A stretch of DNA of 64,000 nt, taken from IMG/VR virus record IMGVR_UViG_3300010373_000039, positions 1 through 64,000 of that record; one strand, written 5' to 3'. The notes under the pieces are model-generated. The model saw only the letters and a list, made by a program, of their open reading frames with translations, was not told the DNA's origin and ran no database searches. The position numbers were made by a program, and so were the translations under genes. The stretch is from a virus. Shown in pieces: positions 19,678-28,005 of this stretch; within the stretch, counting starts at the first letter, position 1, and each line of letters starts with the position of its first letter.

Positions 19678-19771
19678 GGGGTGGTGTCCGGGTGCATGGT
19701 GTACAGGGAGAGCCTGTTTCCGGGTCGATGCCATAGGATGGCCCTCATGAAACACACCCGGACATCATTTT
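19678..19771 (+). ncRNA. putative structured small RNA (~90 nt), family unknown
   Basis: Terminal stem GGTGGTGTCCGGGTG/CACCCGGACATCATT enclosing two hairpins; TATAAAT just upstream, TTTT at the 3' end. Confidence 0.5.
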
Positions 19772-19782
19772 AAGGATTTTGG

Positions 19783-20115
19783 ATGACCCCAACCGATCAC
19801 ATTTGCCTGGATGCCACGATCCTTGGTGGAAACCAAAAAACCGAGGTACAAATCTTTGATCGTGGGGAAAAACGATGGTTTCGGGCCATGATTTGGCGTA
19901 ATGGCCGCAAGTGTCGCCCGGCCGAATTCCGCGTGGATGCCACGTTGACCATCGAGGAATTATTAGTTGCGGCGTTGTTGGAAATCCAACCCAACACCAA
20001 CGAACCACAAAAACCAGGTTTCACCACCGGATGGGGATTATTTTGTTTAGGCATCGCTACCGGTAGTGTCCTTTCATCCTTTGTTATTTGGTTGCTTTGG
20101 TTACTTCACAATTGA
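19783..20115 (+). CDS. hypothetical protein with C-terminal TM helix
   Basis: AAGGA RBS; hydrophobic C-terminus. Confidence 0.65.
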   Translation: MTPTDHICLDATILGGNQKTEVQIFDRGEKRWFRAMIWRNGRKCRPAEFRVDATLTIEELLVAALLEIQPNTNEPQKPGFTTGWGLFCLGIATGSVLSSFVIWLLWLLHN

Positions 20116-20146
20116 CGGTCTAACCAAGGGGTATAAATGGGGTTGG

Positions 20147-21073
20147 ATGATCGAAACCAAATGCACATGTCTGGTCGATGGTAACTTCATTTTTTGGCGG
20201 GCGTACCACACGCCGGGAATGAACCTTTCTCATCGGTGCGATCGTTGCCGGGTTGCCGGCGCAAACGATCCCAAATGCCCGGTATGTGCCGGAACCGGAC
20301 GCGAACCCACCAAGGCAACCTATGGGTTTATCCGTGAAATTCTTTCAATATTAAAGGAATCGCGGCCGCGACAATTGGCGGTGGTGTTTGACGGTCCCCG
20401 TGGGGAATTGCGCCGGCGCGCCATTTGGCCGGGATACAAGGCCAACCGCGATGATAACGACGATCCGGGGGTGACGTGGCAAATGATCCGTATCAAGGAA
20501 ATCCTCCGGACGATGGGGGTTTGTGTGGTGGAGTGTCGGGGACACGAGGCCGATGATGCGCTGGCGACGTTGGCCGTCCGGTGCGCAACCCAAAACCGGA
20601 CGGTGACGATTATCACCCGCGATAAGGATATACGGCAATTGTGTTCGGACCGTCGTATCAAATGCTTCGATCCGGTTTCCAAAACCACCTACGATTGGAT
20701 CACCGCCGGCAAGAAATGGGGCATTCGCACCCGGCAAATTTTCGATATGCTGGTTTTATCCGGGGATGGCACCGATGGGATTCCCGGAATCATGGGGATT
20801 GGCGAGAAAACCGCCGCCAAACTTCTTCAATTGTATCGGAATGTGGACGGGGTGATTGCGGCGGCGAATGGTGGGTTATTGACGCCCAAAACCGCCGAAT
20901 CGATCAAAAACGCGGTGGCACGGGGGTACATTGACCGCAACAAAACCCTTGTCCAATTGGATCGTAACATTTCATTCCAACCCGGTACGTTGGTGATGCG
21001 GACGAAACGTATTAACTTAAGTGCATCGGTCCCGTTGTTCAAAGCACTCGGGTTCCGGAGTTTGTTGGGCTAG
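20147..21073 (+). CDS. 5'-3' exonuclease/flap endonuclease (PolI N-terminal type) with Zn-finger insertion
   Basis: LVDGN, VVFD, YKANR, EADD, DKDI.QL, GDGTDGIPGI.GIGEKTA; TATAAAT 8 nt before the ATG. Confidence 0.92.
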   Translation: MIETKCTCLVDGNFIFWRAYHTPGMNLSHRCDRCRVAGANDPKCPVCAGTGREPTKATYGFIREILSILKESRPRQLAVVFDGPRGELRRRAIWPGYKANRDDNDDPGVTWQMIRIKEILRTMGVCVVECRGHEADDALATLAVRCATQNRTVTIITRDKDIRQLCSDRRIKCFDPVSKTTYDWITAGKKWGIRTRQIFDMLVLSGDGTDGIPGIMGIGEKTAAKLLQLYRNVDGVIAAANGGLLTPKTAESIKNAVARGYIDRNKTLVQLDRNISFQPGTLVMRTKRINLSASVPLFKALGFRSLLG

Positions 21074-21076
21074 AGA

Positions 21077-21514
21077 ATGGCAAATAAAAATCAAAAATGT
21101 GAAACGGTGGCGCACGCGGTGAATCGATTGTACGCAACGTGCGAATTTCTTGCATCTCAAGGTTTCGTGTTGACCGGCGCGATGTTTGTTGTGAAACCCA
21201 AAGGGGATTTCAAGCAAAACGCGGTCAAACATGTTACCGACGACGGGCGTGTGGGTACGGTGCGGATCATGCCGCCGGATGGAATGAAACCCCCGGCCGA
21301 GGGAAATGGCGGTCCATTGACCCCATTAAAGGCGGCGGTGGTGGTCACCGCCAGCGCAATCGCATCCGGTGCCGTGACGGCGGCGGTCCATGCCCATGGC
21401 GGCGGTAAACCGGTAATGGGCGAGATTTGCAAGAATTGTGGTGGTGCGAACCTTCAACGAATGGGTACGTGTTTGTATTGTCAGGATTGCGGGGAGTCGA
21501 ACGGGTGCAGTTAA
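21077..21514 (+). CDS. protein ending in a class II RNR (NrdJ)-like C-terminal Zn ribbon
   Basis: GEICKNCGG..LQRMGTCLYCQDCGESNGCS terminus; no RNR catalytic domain. Confidence 0.65.
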   Translation: MANKNQKCETVAHAVNRLYATCEFLASQGFVLTGAMFVVKPKGDFKQNAVKHVTDDGRVGTVRIMPPDGMKPPAEGNGGPLTPLKAAVVVTASAIASGAVTAAVHAHGGGKPVMGEICKNCGGANLQRMGTCLYCQDCGESNGCS

Positions 21515-21524
21515 TGGAGTAGCG

Positions 21525-22154
21525 ATGACGACCCTTAACGACATGGCGAACGGACGGCCGTTGTGTGATCCTTTGATTGTCTATCTGATAGGTCCATCGT
21601 GCGCCGGCAAGGGAACGTTTATCGCATCCGAACGCAACCGTGAAAACGTGGCGTTTGTCGAGGTGGGTCGGGAATTCCGCAAACGCTATCCCCCCGAGCA
21701 TTTCCGTGGGTGCGGGTCGCCGGACCATTTGGAGGCCGAGGCACTTCAAATCTTCCAAGAACAATTCACGGCCGCGTTGACCGATTGTCCCGACATCATT
21801 TACGTGGACGGTCAACCCCGCCGAACATCCCAGGTTATTCCCACCGCACCGCCCCAATTCAATCGCCGGATGTATTTGATTATCAGCGCCGCGGACACGG
21901 TTTTGGCCGCACGCGCTTTGCAACGATTCGGCGGTGAGAATAATGAGGGTTATGCCATTTGCCGTAAACGTGCGGTCAACGATCGGGTCGATTTATTCGA
22001 TGTGCTTCACGCACTGATTTTGAAGGGCGAACGGGTTTTCGCTATTGACGGCAGCAAATCTCCGGACGATGTAGCCGAAGATATTCGCGCCACGATCTAC
22101 AATCACGTAATGAAGGATCACCTTTATTGTCGCGCGGATGGGCATCCGCGATAA
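21525..22154 (+). CDS. adenylate kinase-like nucleoside monophosphate kinase
   Basis: P-loop GPSCAGKGT and DGQPR (DGFPR in adenylate kinases); GGAG RBS. Confidence 0.8.
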   Translation: MTTLNDMANGRPLCDPLIVYLIGPSCAGKGTFIASERNRENVAFVEVGREFRKRYPPEHFRGCGSPDHLEAEALQIFQEQFTAALTDCPDIIYVDGQPRRTSQVIPTAPPQFNRRMYLIISAADTVLAARALQRFGGENNEGYAICRKRAVNDRVDLFDVLHALILKGERVFAIDGSKSPDDVAEDIRATIYNHVMKDHLYCRADGHPR

Positions 22155-22635
22155 CGATTGGGACCGCCGGTTTGGGCAAAACCACCGGTGGGTGTTTGCG
22201 GGTTGTGGGTTGGCAACCGGTCGTCCCGGATCGTATGGGACGACCGCCCAATCCTTCGTTGGGAGGTTATTTGTGTTCTTCAGTGCAGCGCAGATTCGCG
22301 AGCGCTCTCGCGAAAATCGGAGGAATTTGGTTCGGTTGGATGAAGCCTTGACGGCATCGCGGGAATCGGAGTTGGCCAAAAGGGCATCCGAAACCGTCGT
22401 GTCCGTGGGACGTGCCCGCGTGGAGTTGGGTTGGTTGGCACGGAACAACCCGGTGGAATTGGAACATTTGATGGATTCGTGCCCGCCCGACCACAAGGAT
22501 TTTTGGGCAATTACCCTGGTGTACGAACGCTATGAAAAGCGCATCCGAAATTCGGTCAGTAAGCACCGGAGCGATCGACGCCGCGACACCCTCGCCGGCC
22601 TCGCCGCCGTTGGACGCGCCGCGGCGGTTTGCTGA
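22138..22635 (+). CDS. hypothetical protein
   Basis: Overlapping in-operon ORF. Confidence 0.55.
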   Translation: MGIRDNDWDRRFGQNHRWVFAGCGLATGRPGSYGTTAQSFVGRLFVFFSAAQIRERSRENRRNLVRLDEALTASRESELAKRASETVVSVGRARVELGWLARNNPVELEHLMDSCPPDHKDFWAITLVYERYEKRIRNSVSKHRSDRRRDTLAGLAAVGRAAAVC

Positions 22636-22846
22636 TGCAATCGCCACGTGGATTCGGGCCGAATGGTATTTCCGCGCCGGTCCCCGTGCGTTCCAAACGC
22701 CGGAGGACACGTGGTTGTTGAACGCCGAGGACAATCTTCGACAGGTGTTGACCGGGTGTCGTGGGTTGCAGGAGGCGTTCGAGACGGTTTGCGATCACGA
22801 GGAAATGTCGTTGTTGTACTATTTGGAATTAGGAGGAAAACCGTGA
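22532..22846 (+). CDS. hypothetical protein
   Basis: ORF overlapping the previous one; GTGA-coupled to the next. Confidence 0.5.
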   Translation: MKSASEIRSVSTGAIDAATPSPASPPLDAPRRFADAIATWIRAEWYFRAGPRAFQTPEDTWLLNAEDNLRQVLTGCRGLQEAFETVCDHEEMSLLYYLELGGKP

Positions 22847-23001
22847 AACGCGGCAACCACCCGTTCGGGTTCGGGGATTTGTTGTTCATGTCCGGATTGG
22901 CGGCATTGGTTGGCGCGTTCGTTTTTCTTAGGTTTCACAATAATCGGGAACCATCATCGGACCGTTGGCAATCCTTCGTACACCTTCTTTCAAATAACTG
23001 A
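22843..23001 (+). CDS. small membrane protein
   Basis: AGGAGG RBS, GTG start, one TM helix. Confidence 0.6.
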   Translation: MKRGNHPFGFGDLLFMSGLAALVGAFVFLRFHNNREPSSDRWQSFVHLLSNN

Positions 23002-23003
23002 TC

Positions 23004-23741
23004 ATGAGCACAAAGTTTGCCCATAGCGGGGATTTGGGAGATATTATCTACGCAATGCCCGCGATCCGGGCATCGGGTGGCGGTTCCCTTCAATTGTGGA
23101 ATAACCAGGGTGTCACCACCCATGCCATGACCCCCCAACGGGTGTCAATCATCTACGATTTTTTGATTTCCCAGGACTACATCACGGCGGTTGAATTCGG
23201 CCCCCGGGCCAACCATCCCCTCAACAATTTCCGTGCGTTCAACAACGGTCGTCGCAATTTGGTGGACATGCATTTGGCCGCAATGGGGTTGCCGGTGGCC
23301 GAGCGGCGTTTCCCGTGGATTAAGATCGACGAGCCCCGTCGCGTGGCCGAGGTCATCATCTGGCGAACCCCACGATGGCACAGTTTTGAATTCCCGTGGG
23401 ATCATATTTGGGAACGGTTCGGCAAATTGTCGATTGGTTTCATTGGCTATCCCGACGAACACAAAGAATTTGTCCGGAGAACCGGACACAGGGTCGATCA
23501 CATCCCAACGGCTAATTTGTACGAGGCGGCGAGGGTCATTGCCGGCAGTACCGTTTGTGTTGGCAATCAAACATGTCTTGCCGCAATCGCCCACGGTTTG
23601 CGACACCCCATGATTTTGGAGATTTGTGGTCACGAACCCGTGGCCGTTTTTCAGTACGATGGTTTGTTCAATGCATATGATGCCGACTTTACACTTCCAA
23701 CCTTAACCAAGGAAAAACATGCGCGCGTTTCTAGTGTATGA
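23004..23741 (+). CDS. GT9/heptosyltransferase-like glycosyltransferase (GT-B)
   Basis: GDLGDII.AMPAIR N-terminus; NLYEAARVIAGS..CVGNQT...AIAHGL. Confidence 0.75.
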   Translation: MSTKFAHSGDLGDIIYAMPAIRASGGGSLQLWNNQGVTTHAMTPQRVSIIYDFLISQDYITAVEFGPRANHPLNNFRAFNNGRRNLVDMHLAAMGLPVAERRFPWIKIDEPRRVAEVIIWRTPRWHSFEFPWDHIWERFGKLSIGFIGYPDEHKEFVRRTGHRVDHIPTANLYEAARVIAGSTVCVGNQTCLAAIAHGLRHPMILEICGHEPVAVFQYDGLFNAYDADFTLPTLTKEKHARVSSV

Positions 23742-24789
23742 TGGTGGCGATTCGGTCTACGTTCCGCCGACGATGGGAACCCCCCGTGCCGATCAAATGC
23801 ACGGAACGCCGGGCGAGCAATTGGTCGAAATCTCCGGGCGCGTGTGCTATGACTCGCTGGGCACCGGCCGCAACACCCCCGAGTACCATAAACACCTTTT
23901 AGGTGTTAAACACTATTCGGTGCATGAGCACGTACATTTCACGGTCGAGGTCCAAGATTGGATGGACCCAACCCCGTGGATTGGTATTCCGGATGTGGTG
24001 TTCCGACCCATGCGTTCCGTCGCCCGTAACCGATTTACCTTCAATCTTCGTCACGCTTTGGAGTGGCCTACCCAACTTCCGCCGAATCTTTACAACGAAC
24101 GTGTTATCAAGGATTGGGGGCGCATTCTACAATGGGCGGCGCATGGGGTGGTGCCCAATTTGGTTCCCACGCCGGAAACGCGAATGCCACCGTCGTTGGA
24201 AATGCGTTTGGTGCGGCCCGAAACCGACCGGGAATGCTTCGTGTCACTGTTCCTTGAGGATTCGTTGGTGTGGTCGCACGAGCAGGTACGACACCGTTTC
24301 AACATGTCCCAACGATCCGGACGGTTCTGCGATCAAACCGACCGCGAATACGCCATACATCCCTTGTTGAAAAAATACCTCAACGAGGCCGGGTACATGG
24401 CATTGAACCCGGAGGACGGCGAGCAATTGTTCATGCAACCGACCGTCAACGATGCCGCCATACACGCCCGGACCCGGTTGGGCAATGACATCGGGTCGTT
24501 AATAACCCAAACCAAAATGGTCTACGAGGCCACGGTGGACGCGCTGCAAAAATACATCGGCGAAACCATGTCGGTGGATGCGACCACGGCCCGCAAACAG
24601 GCACGATCGGCCGGACGCTATTACCTTGGCCAGGGACTTTCCACCGAAATGATTTTCACGGCATCGGTCGCGTCGTGGCGGGGCATCTTTGAAAAACGGG
24701 TCAATCCGGCCGCCGACGCCGCGATTCACGAATTGATGTCGCAGGCTAAGGATTGTGTGTTAAAATCCCGTTACGGCCAATTGTTCTAA
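23719..24789 (+). CDS. thyX: flavin-dependent thymidylate synthase
   Basis: GRVCYDS, HYSVHEH, EQVRHR...SQRSGRF, ARKQAR..GRY.L, R...AAD.AI. Confidence 0.88.
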   Translation: MRAFLVYDGGDSVYVPPTMGTPRADQMHGTPGEQLVEISGRVCYDSLGTGRNTPEYHKHLLGVKHYSVHEHVHFTVEVQDWMDPTPWIGIPDVVFRPMRSVARNRFTFNLRHALEWPTQLPPNLYNERVIKDWGRILQWAAHGVVPNLVPTPETRMPPSLEMRLVRPETDRECFVSLFLEDSLVWSHEQVRHRFNMSQRSGRFCDQTDREYAIHPLLKKYLNEAGYMALNPEDGEQLFMQPTVNDAAIHARTRLGNDIGSLITQTKMVYEATVDALQKYIGETMSVDATTARKQARSAGRYYLGQGLSTEMIFTASVASWRGIFEKRVNPAADAAIHELMSQAKDCVLKSRYGQLF

Positions 24790-24799
24790 GCGAGGGAAC

Positions 24800-25123
24800 G
24801 TGCATTTCAATCAAGCCATGGACGCGGTTGTGGACGAATACACGTCGGACGCCGATTTGGATCGGCTATGGGTATTCTTGGGTTCGTACAAATTGGCGAT
24901 GCGCAAACTGTACTACGAACAACGACCCAAAATGAAATGGCGACCGCTGGTCCCCATCTTTCGCAAGGTGAACAAGAAAATCGATTTGATTTGGGACGAG
25001 ATGCTTAAACGGCAATTTTGCCCGTCCTACTACCGTTACCGTTATCGCGAAGGTTTACAACGTCCGGAGTGGATTCCGGAACGAAACTTCCTTCGCCACG
25101 AGATCCCCTCGGCGTTCGATTAA
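24800..25123 (+). CDS. hypothetical protein
   Basis: GAGGG RBS, GTG start. Confidence 0.6.
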   Translation: MHFNQAMDAVVDEYTSDADLDRLWVFLGSYKLAMRKLYYEQRPKMKWRPLVPIFRKVNKKIDLIWDEMLKRQFCPSYYRYRYREGLQRPEWIPERNFLRHEIPSAFD

Positions 25124-25136
25124 AAATTTCATTTCC

Positions 25137-25169
25137 TACGTTGCACGTATATTTTCTTGTGGTATATAT
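25137..25169 (+). promoter_or_regulatory. TACGTTG-class promoter (capsid operon)
   Basis: TACG-TTGCAC, 16 nt, TATATAT; intergenic. Confidence 0.65.
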
Positions 25170-25181
25170 CCCATCTCGTGA

Positions 25182-25364
25182 AGATGATTTCGGTGGCTAT
25201 GCCGATCATCTAACCACCAGAAACTGAGTCCCGACAGAATCCGTGGGCGGCGCTCATGGATTGCCTATAGACGGCGTTTGTAGGCAGCTCTCCGGCGGAG
25301 GGCCAAGAGGATCACTGGTTGCACCAGCGTTTCATTTGGTCCCTTTCCGAAATGGAGATCTGTC
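25182..25364 (+). ncRNA. structured 5' leader with tandem C-GGC-G triloop hairpins
   Basis: Hairpins 25238-25262, 25263-25285 and 25287-25303 all have GGC loops closed by C-G; GACAGA 25233-25238 can pair with TCTGTC 25359-25364. Confidence 0.65.
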
Positions 25365-25883
25365 ATGGCTGCGGCCAAGTGCTACCTCGAACGAAGGCAA
25401 AAAGGCTGCTTGCCCATCCTTTGCGGTGGTGGCAGGCACTTTTTGATGCCTTTGGGTCGCGGGCACTTTGCCAAGGTTGATGTCGCCGATTTCAAAATCG
25501 TGCGGTACATGCCCTGGCGTTCATCCCCCCAAACCAACGGCGTTTATGTTTTCGGACAAAACGCGCCGCTTCACCGGTTTTTGATGAATCCGGGCAAAGA
25601 TTTTGAGGTGGACCATAAAAACGGCGACCCGCTTGACAACCGCCGTTCAAATCTTCGAGTAGTTTCCCACGCGGTCAATCAGCAGAATCAACGTGTACGT
25701 CGGAATAGCAAAACCGGCGTCCGAGGCGTTTCGTTTGAACGCCAAACGAATAAGTACAAAGCCTCCTTCAAAGTTGGGAATCGTGTAGTCACATTAGGTC
25801 GGTTCGTCAATTTGGCGGATGCCGCCGAGGCCCGTCGCGAAGCCGAGCTAAAGTTTTGGAACAGGACATATGCGGTTCGCTAG
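25365..25883 (+). CDS. HNH homing endonuclease with AP2 DNA-binding domain
   Basis: LHRFLM, VDHKNGDPLDNRRSNLR, SKTGVRGV, LGRF...AAEARREAE. Confidence 0.9.
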   Translation: MAAAKCYLERRQKGCLPILCGGGRHFLMPLGRGHFAKVDVADFKIVRYMPWRSSPQTNGVYVFGQNAPLHRFLMNPGKDFEVDHKNGDPLDNRRSNLRVVSHAVNQQNQRVRRNSKTGVRGVSFERQTNKYKASFKVGNRVVTLGRFVNLADAAEARREAELKFWNRTYAVR

Positions 25884-25925
25884 GTAAAACTGGCTGGACC
25901 GGTTTTGAAAGGTAAGGGTATCTAT

Positions 25926-27074
25926 ATCGCTAACATTTTAACCGCCGTTACCCCCAAACTGCTCGCCCAGGGCCTTCTAGCGCTTCGCCAGGTTGCGATC
26001 ATGCCGCAATTGGTGAACCAGGGCTATTCCCAGCTTGCCGGCGAACGCGGATCGTCGATTGACGTTCCGATTCCCTCCGCAATCACGGCGCAGGCCGTGG
26101 CCCCCGGCAATACGCCGCCCTCGACCGCCGATGTGCAGCCCACGTCGGTGAGTATCGCGCTCAACAACTGGTACGAAGCCCCGTTCTATTTGACCGATCA
26201 GGACATGATGACCGCCATGGAGGGAACCATCCCCATGCAGGCATCGGAAGCGATCAAATCGCTGGCCGTCCAGGTCAACAGCGACATTTTCTCGCTATAC
26301 AAGAACATCTATGGTTTTTCGGGCACCCCCGGCACTACGCCGTTCGCGTCCAACACCACGGATGTCACCACGACCCGTAAGATTTTGAACACCCAGCTCG
26401 CGCCGATTTCCGACCGCCGGTTTATGCTGGACCCCAGCGCTGAGGCCAACGCGCTGTCGCTCGCCGCGTTCCAGGCCTATCTTAACACCGACGACACCGG
26501 TGTTATCAAGGACGGTAACCTGGGCCGCAAACTGGGATTTGATTTCTACATGTCCCAGCTCGTTCCGACCCACACGGCCGGCTCGATCACCACGGGACTG
26601 ACCGCCAAGGCATCGACGGTCCAGGCGGTGGGCACCACGGCTATCGTTTGCACGACCGCCGCCTCTACCGGCGCCTGTGCGCTGGTTATCGGCGACATCA
26701 TCACGTTCGCCGGCGATACCCAAACCTACGTCGTGACGGCGGCGGCAACGCAGGCATCGGCCGCAACCGATGTGACGGTGAACATCTCCCCGGGTAAGAA
26801 GGTTGCCCTGGCCGGTGGTGAGGCCGTTACGCTCAAGGCATCGCACACCGTCAACCTCGCGTTCCATCGTGACGCGTTCGCATTTGCGACCCGTCCGCTG
26901 ACACAGGCGGCTGAGGGATTGGGCAACATCATTCAGAGCGCCGTGGACCCGGTTTCGGGCCTTAGCCTCCGGTTGGAAATCAGCCGCGAACACAAGCGGA
27001 CCCGATTCAGCTACGATATCCTTTACGGTATGCAATGCATCCGTAAGGAATTGGCGGCGCGATTGGCCGGATAA
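25926..27074 (+). CDS. major capsid protein (P22 coat-like); probable ATC start
   Basis: (M)ANILT..LLAQGL.ALR, NLAFHRDAFAFATRPL, DILYG; AAGGG RBS 7 nt before ATC; strong terminator after it. Confidence 0.9.
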   Translation: MANILTAVTPKLLAQGLLALRQVAIMPQLVNQGYSQLAGERGSSIDVPIPSAITAQAVAPGNTPPSTADVQPTSVSIALNNWYEAPFYLTDQDMMTAMEGTIPMQASEAIKSLAVQVNSDIFSLYKNIYGFSGTPGTTPFASNTTDVTTTRKILNTQLAPISDRRFMLDPSAEANALSLAAFQAYLNTDDTGVIKDGNLGRKLGFDFYMSQLVPTHTAGSITTGLTAKASTVQAVGTTAIVCTTAASTGACALVIGDIITFAGDTQTYVVTAAATQASAATDVTVNISPGKKVALAGGEAVTLKASHTVNLAFHRDAFAFATRPLTQAAEGLGNIIQSAVDPVSGLSLRLEISREHKRTRFSYDILYGMQCIRKELAARLAG

Positions 27075-27113
27075 TTCCCCGACCAACCAACAATTTTCTG
27101 CACTCAAGGAGCG

Positions 27114-27154
27114 GCGACCCCAAGGGAATTTTAGGAAACCCTTGGGGTCGTTTT
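27114..27154 (+). terminator. Rho-independent terminator
   Basis: GCGACCCCAAGGG/CCCTTGGGGTCGT stem followed by TTT. Confidence 0.85.
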
Positions 27155-27187
27155 GATAAACACAAACCCTTTTCAAGGAGTCCGTCA

Positions 27188-27934
27188 ATGCCCCCGATTT
27201 TTAGCCAGAAGTCCTCGATCGTCAGTTTGGTGTTGATCGGTGTCGGTATTTATTGCCACATTAAGGGCACGACCCTTTCCAGCGCCAACGAAAACATGAT
27301 TACACAGGCCATTGGATTGATCTTCGACATCTTGGCCGGCAACATTGCGTATTTCGTCAGCCTTCACAATAAAAACAAGAGCGCGATCAACCAACACGCC
27401 GACGTGATTAACCAATCCACGGCGACGGCATCCAACCCCGGTCCGTCCACAACGGCCACCGTTTTGAAGCTTTTGTTTATCGGCGGCATGGCGGCGGCGA
27501 TGACCGGTTGCCTGGGTGGATGCGCCCAATTCAATCAAATGTCCGACCAGGACAAAGTATCACAGGCGGAAACGGTATTCACTACCGCCGTAACGGCCCT
27601 TAGTGCCGCCAAAACGGCCAACCTGATCGATGCTCAGGATTACCACACCATCGTGGGGATCGAAACAACGATAAGCGCCGCGTTTGACACGGTCCACGCG
27701 GACCTGGACGCCGGCGGAAAACTGGACGGCAATACCGCATGGTCGGTGCTTAACACCACTCTGCAGCAATTAGCCGTCTTCCAATGGAGGTTTACCAATG
27801 GACGCGGCAATAATAGCGGCAATCGAGGCCCTGCCAGCCTTCCTTCAAGTAGTCGATCAACTGATTACTCAACTACAAAAGGGTGGGCAGTCATTGACTA
27901 CCGAACAACGCGATACCATCGAACAGCAGCGTAA
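27188..27934 (+). CDS. membrane protein: holin-like 2-TM N-terminus plus internal lipobox-like segment
   Basis: Two TM helices, linker, then hydrophobic helix ending TGCLGGC; AAGGAG RBS. Confidence 0.6.
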   Translation: MPPIFSQKSSIVSLVLIGVGIYCHIKGTTLSSANENMITQAIGLIFDILAGNIAYFVSLHNKNKSAINQHADVINQSTATASNPGPSTTATVLKLLFIGGMAAAMTGCLGGCAQFNQMSDQDKVSQAETVFTTAVTALSAAKTANLIDAQDYHTIVGIETTISAAFDTVHADLDAGGKLDGNTAWSVLNTTLQQLAVFQWRFTNGRGNNSGNRGPASLPSSSRSTDYSTTKGWAVIDYRTTRYHRTAA

Positions 27935-27977
27935 ATTGGCGGTCGCCGCCGCCGTTTCGTTGGATAAGCTCGCCTAG
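27798..27977 (+). CDS. small amphipathic protein (59 aa; not in the ORF track)
   Basis: GGAGG RBS then MDAAIIAAIEALPAFLQVVDQLITQLQKGG...; overlaps the end of the previous ORF in another frame. Confidence 0.6.
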   Translation: MDAAIIAAIEALPAFLQVVDQLITQLQKGGQSLTTEQRDTIEQQRKLAVAAAVSLDKLA

Positions 27978-28005
27978 TCGGGTGCCACCGGGAGGGTTTT
28001 TGGAA

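Noticed and set aside
19687-19763. Hammerhead ribozyme on the - strand (ATGA-stem-GAAA-stem-TA layout)
   Set aside because: The core reads TTCATGA rather than CTGATGA, losing the essential C3 and G5, and the G-U pairs favour the + strand fold
25905-25925. TTG start for the capsid gene given by the ORF track
   Set aside because: No RBS upstream of it; the added KGKGIY codons are themselves the purine-rich RBS for codon 25926
25365-25931. Group I intron carrying the HNH gene within the capsid start
   Set aside because: No room or sequence for a P3-P7 core around the ORF, and no U|...G| junction restores the reading frame
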